A DNA stretch of 64,000 nucleotides from Planctomycetota bacterium (lineage in GTDB: Bacteria; Planctomycetota; Planctomycetia; Pirellulales; Lacipirellulaceae), in assembly GCA_039190745.1 (NCBI GenBank), contig JBCCXZ010000009.1:1-64000 (forward strand), written 5' to 3'. The notes under the pieces were generated by a model. It saw only the letters and a list, made by a program, of their open reading frames with translations, was not told the origin of the DNA and did no database searches. Every line of letters begins with the position of its first letter. Position 1 is the stretch's first letter. Positions 61,104 to 64,000 of this stretch are shown piece by piece. The position numbers and the translations under genes were made by a program.

Positions 61104-63047
61104 TCAGCCCGCGTCGCCGGCGGCCGTTTCTACCACCGGCACTTCTGGCATTTCTTCCGCCCAGCCGCCCACGACGCACTCGACCCGCACCTTCAAATCG
61201 GGGCTGGCCATCGTGTCTCGGATGAGCCGCTTGATCTCTTCCGCCGAGGAGCGGGGCAGGGGGTGCGGGGAGGTCAGGATCACCGCCACGTCTACCGGGT
61301 CCACCTGACGGGCGGTGCCGGAACGCCCCATGAACAGCACGTCGACCCCCGGCTGCGTGGCGACGTGGTCCAGCAGCGCCTGGCGGAGATCGTCGGTCAC
61401 CGCGAACGCGATCGGAGCCGTCTTGCCCTCGCGCACCTGCTGCATGAACGAGGTCACCAGGGGGATGGATACCCCCACGACGCACAGCCCAAGTCCGATC
61501 ACAACGTTCCGGACCCAGAAGCGTCGGGGCGTGCCCTGCGTAAAAAGCCACAGTCCCATGCCGCTGAAAGTGGCCGCCGCCGCGAGGATGATCGCCAGCA
61601 CATTGGCAACCAGCAAGAACAGGGCGCCCAGGCTCGCGTGCCACCGGGCGTAGGACAGGCAGATGCCCACCGAGCAGAGCGGCGGGACCAACGCCGTGGC
61701 GATCGCCACGCCCGCGATCGTGCCCGCCACGCTCGGCCGCGCCAGCGCGTACGCCGCCGCAACGCCGGAGAACAACGCCACCAGCAGGTCGAGGATGTTC
61801 GGCTCGGTCCGCGCAAAGACCTCCGGAGTGAGATCCGTGCCGGGGGTGATCCAGCCGATCGCTGCGCTGATCGCCAACGCGGTGAAGAAGCCCCGGCCGA
61901 TCGCCCGGAAGCAGCTGTACGCTAGTTTGCGGTTGCCCTGGTTGAGCGCCAGCCCCATGCCGATCATCGGCGTCATCAACGGCGCCAAAAGCATCGAGCC
62001 GATCACCACCGCCGGCGAGTTCTGCAGCAGCCCCAGCGTGGCGATCGCCGAAGCCAGCCCGAGCATCATGATAAAGTCGCTGTTCCACCGCGAGCCAATC
62101 TGGAGCTGCTCGAACAGGTTGGCGTAGTCGGTCGGGTTGAGCCGCGGCAGCAGCCCCCGCATCCGCAAGCCCGCGCGGCCGACCTCCAAGCGTGCCCCGC
62201 GTCGGAACACTCCAATCGTTGCTTTGGGAGCCGCCTCGCACATCCGCTCGACGCCCGCCTCCAGGTCGGCGCCCACCAGCAGCAGGTCGCAGCCTTCGGA
62301 CTCGCCGCAGATGGCCGCCACGCGGTCGTCGCCCAGCACCGTCTTGATCGCCAGGTGACTGGATTCTTCCAGGCTCAGTTCCCGCAGCATGCCGCGCAGG
62401 GCCCGATCACCGACCTCGATGGCCCGCTCGCCGATGTCCGCCTCGACGCCCACGGCGGTCACCGAGCCCCCGGTGCTGCGCGCCGTCGCCGCGGCGACCT
62501 CCAACGCTTCGGTGTCGTGCGAGCCCTCCGACGTGCCCACCACCAACGAACCGACCTTCAGCGTCCGCGGCCCGTCGCCGTACAACACCACCGAACTGCA
62601 CGAGCACTTCGCCGCGAGCTGCTTCGGAACCGGCGCACGCTTGCCGTTCTTGCCCTCGGGCGACGGGCAGCCGGGACCAACCACCAACAGCTCGGGCGAT
62701 TCGACGCGCAGCCGCGACAGCGTCGCCGAGAGCGCGTCCGGCTCAGGCACCCGCCGGACGCTCACGTCGTGCCGGGCGATGCGCCCCCGCCGGGCGTGCT
62801 TGGTCCGCACCACCGACTCAACCGCCGCGTCGATCGCACGCCGCGTGCCGTCGGCGATGTCCTCCGGGCTGCCGTCGACCGCGATGATCATCGACTCGGA
62901 GGTCACCGACTCCGGCACGTAGTAAACGATCAGGTCGGTCCCCTGCGCCGCGGCAAATCGGCCCGCCCACACCACCACGCGGCGGGCTTCTTCGGCGGCC
63001 GAGACAAAGGCGGCGACAGACACGTGCGGGCCTGCGGGAAGGAGCAT
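61104..63047 (-). CDS. USP-like N-terminal region fused to DUF389 membrane domain
   Basis: IATLGLLQNSPAVVIGSMLLAPLM.P, RTEPNILDL and GVAIATALVPPL. Confidence 0.85.
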   Translation of the reverse strand: MLLPAGPHVSVAAFVSAAEEARRVVVWAGRFAAAQGTDLIVYYVPESVTSESMIIAVDGSPEDIADGTRRAIDAAVESVVRTKHARRGRIARHDVSVRRVPEPDALSATLSRLRVESPELLVVGPGCPSPEGKNGKRAPVPKQLAAKCSCSSVVLYGDGPRTLKVGSLVVGTSEGSHDTEALEVAAATARSTGGSVTAVGVEADIGERAIEVGDRALRGMLRELSLEESSHLAIKTVLGDDRVAAICGESEGCDLLLVGADLEAGVERMCEAAPKATIGVFRRGARLEVGRAGLRMRGLLPRLNPTDYANLFEQLQIGSRWNSDFIMMLGLASAIATLGLLQNSPAVVIGSMLLAPLMTPMIGMGLALNQGNRKLAYSCFRAIGRGFFTALAISAAIGWITPGTDLTPEVFARTEPNILDLLVALFSGVAAAYALARPSVAGTIAGVAIATALVPPLCSVGICLSYARWHASLGALFLLVANVLAIILAAAATFSGMGLWLFTQGTPRRFWVRNVVIGLGLCVVGVSIPLVTSFMQQVREGKTAPIAFAVTDDLRQALLDHVATQPGVDVLFMGRSGTARQVDPVDVAVILTSPHPLPRSSAEEIKRLIRDTMASPDLKVRVECVVGGWAEEMPEVPVVETAAGDAG

Positions 63048-63206
63048 GATGGAAAGAGACTTTGACGAGACTCATCTATCCTAGTCGTTGCCCGCGGGGG
63101 TCGAAACAAAATCCGCTTGGTAATCGCGGCCAGCAACGACCGTGCGGCTATTGGGGGGCAATCCCTAACGGTTACAACGAAGTCGGCGCGGCCGAAACCC
63201 GCCGAG

Positions 63207-63986
63207 CTAAGCGCCCGAAGCCAGCCGGTCGCGTGCCTCGATGAGCTGGGCCGCGATGCTCACCGCAATCTCGCCGGGGTGGTTCGACCCCAACGGCAGC
63301 CCGACCGGGCAGTGGAACGTGAGCCGCTCCGGGGCAACCCCCGCTTCGACCAATTCCTTGCATAGCACCGCCGCCTTCGCTTTGCTGCCGATCACGCCCA
63401 CGAAAGGGAACGCCGCATCGGCCCGGTAGATTTGCTCCAGCACCGGCAGGTCGGAGCGGTGCCCGCGGGTCATGCACAGCACGAACGCATCGTCCGGCAG
63501 AGACGCGACCGCCGCGGGCGGGTCGTCGGTCTGCACCGCCCGCACGCCGGGCGGCAACCGGCCGAGCCACTCCCCCCGAGGATCGACGCACGTCACCCGG
63601 CAGGGAAGCGTCACCAGCAACCGAGCCAGCGCCTGCGTCACATGCCCCGCGCCGAACACAACAACGTTCCACTCCGCAACGCCGACGCTCTCGAAGAACA
63701 GTTTCACCCGCCCGCCGCACGTCATGCCGACGTCGGCCTTCAGGTTCCAGTCGCGGAACCGCTGGGCGACACCCTCGGCGAGCATCCGCCGGGCTTCGTC
63801 GATCGCCTTCGCCTCGACGCGCCCGCCGCCGACCGTGCCCTCATCCAGGCCGTCGGCCGTGACGAGCATCTTCGCCCCCGCGTCCTGCGGCGTGGAGCCT
63901 TCCGCCTCCGCCAGCGTCACCAGCACAAACGGCGTCCCTGCATCAGTAAGTTCCGAGCAGCGGTGGAAGAAGTCGGAATGGTTCAT
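63207..63986 (-). CDS. xdhC: Xanthine dehydrogenase accessory protein
   Basis: GSTPQDAGAKMLV, GTVGGG, CGGRV, FGAGHV, MTRGH, IGSKAK and PGEIAVSIAAQL. Confidence 0.9.
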   Translation of the reverse strand: MNHSDFFHRCSELTDAGTPFVLVTLAEAEGSTPQDAGAKMLVTADGLDEGTVGGGRVEAKAIDEARRMLAEGVAQRFRDWNLKADVGMTCGGRVKLFFESVGVAEWNVVVFGAGHVTQALARLLVTLPCRVTCVDPRGEWLGRLPPGVRAVQTDDPPAAVASLPDDAFVLCMTRGHRSDLPVLEQIYRADAAFPFVGVIGSKAKAAVLCKELVEAGVAPERLTFHCPVGLPLGSNHPGEIAVSIAAQLIEARDRLASGA

Positions 63987-64000
63987 GCGGGGCTGCCAAA

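Noticed and set aside
63983..64000. 3' end of the upstream gene (ATGA overlap with xdhC; xdhB expected)
   Set aside because: Only 18 bp are visible, too little to identify.

Overview
GC-rich bacterial DNA, most likely Planctomycetota (Pirellulales-like; inferred from DUF1559, PEP-CTERM and ECF/FecR content). 1-32 kb is a polysaccharide/sulfate-ester utilisation region. It has five Cys-type sulfatases, GH2, GH16, two GH128 domains and five PEP-CTERM proteins, most of them in a minus-strand ECF sigma/FecR/DUF1559 cluster, plus a tRNA-Glu. 32-36.4 kb holds a glutathione peroxidase and a Tat-signal amidohydrolase between two decayed IS5 relics that share a ~143 bp direct repeat. 36.4-43.3 kb has an ABC exporter, a LuxR protein, two phosphatases and a GxxExxY gene. 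43.5-53.7 kb is a nucleobase catabolism cluster: plant-PYD1-like dihydropyrimidine dehydrogenase, aminotransferases, NCS2 permease, beta-ureidopropionase, MMSDH and guanine deaminase. Its intergenic spaces carry short-period (8-9 bp) tandem repeat arms, and two inverted-repeat pairs in 41.7-48.3 kb enclose cargo genes. 53.7-64 kb has LPS glycosyl/methyltransferases, a globin-coupled sigma-54 activator divergent from BON-CBS-USP genes, USP-DUF389 and xdhC. All calls come from motif recognition by eye; no searches were run and several start codons are estimates.
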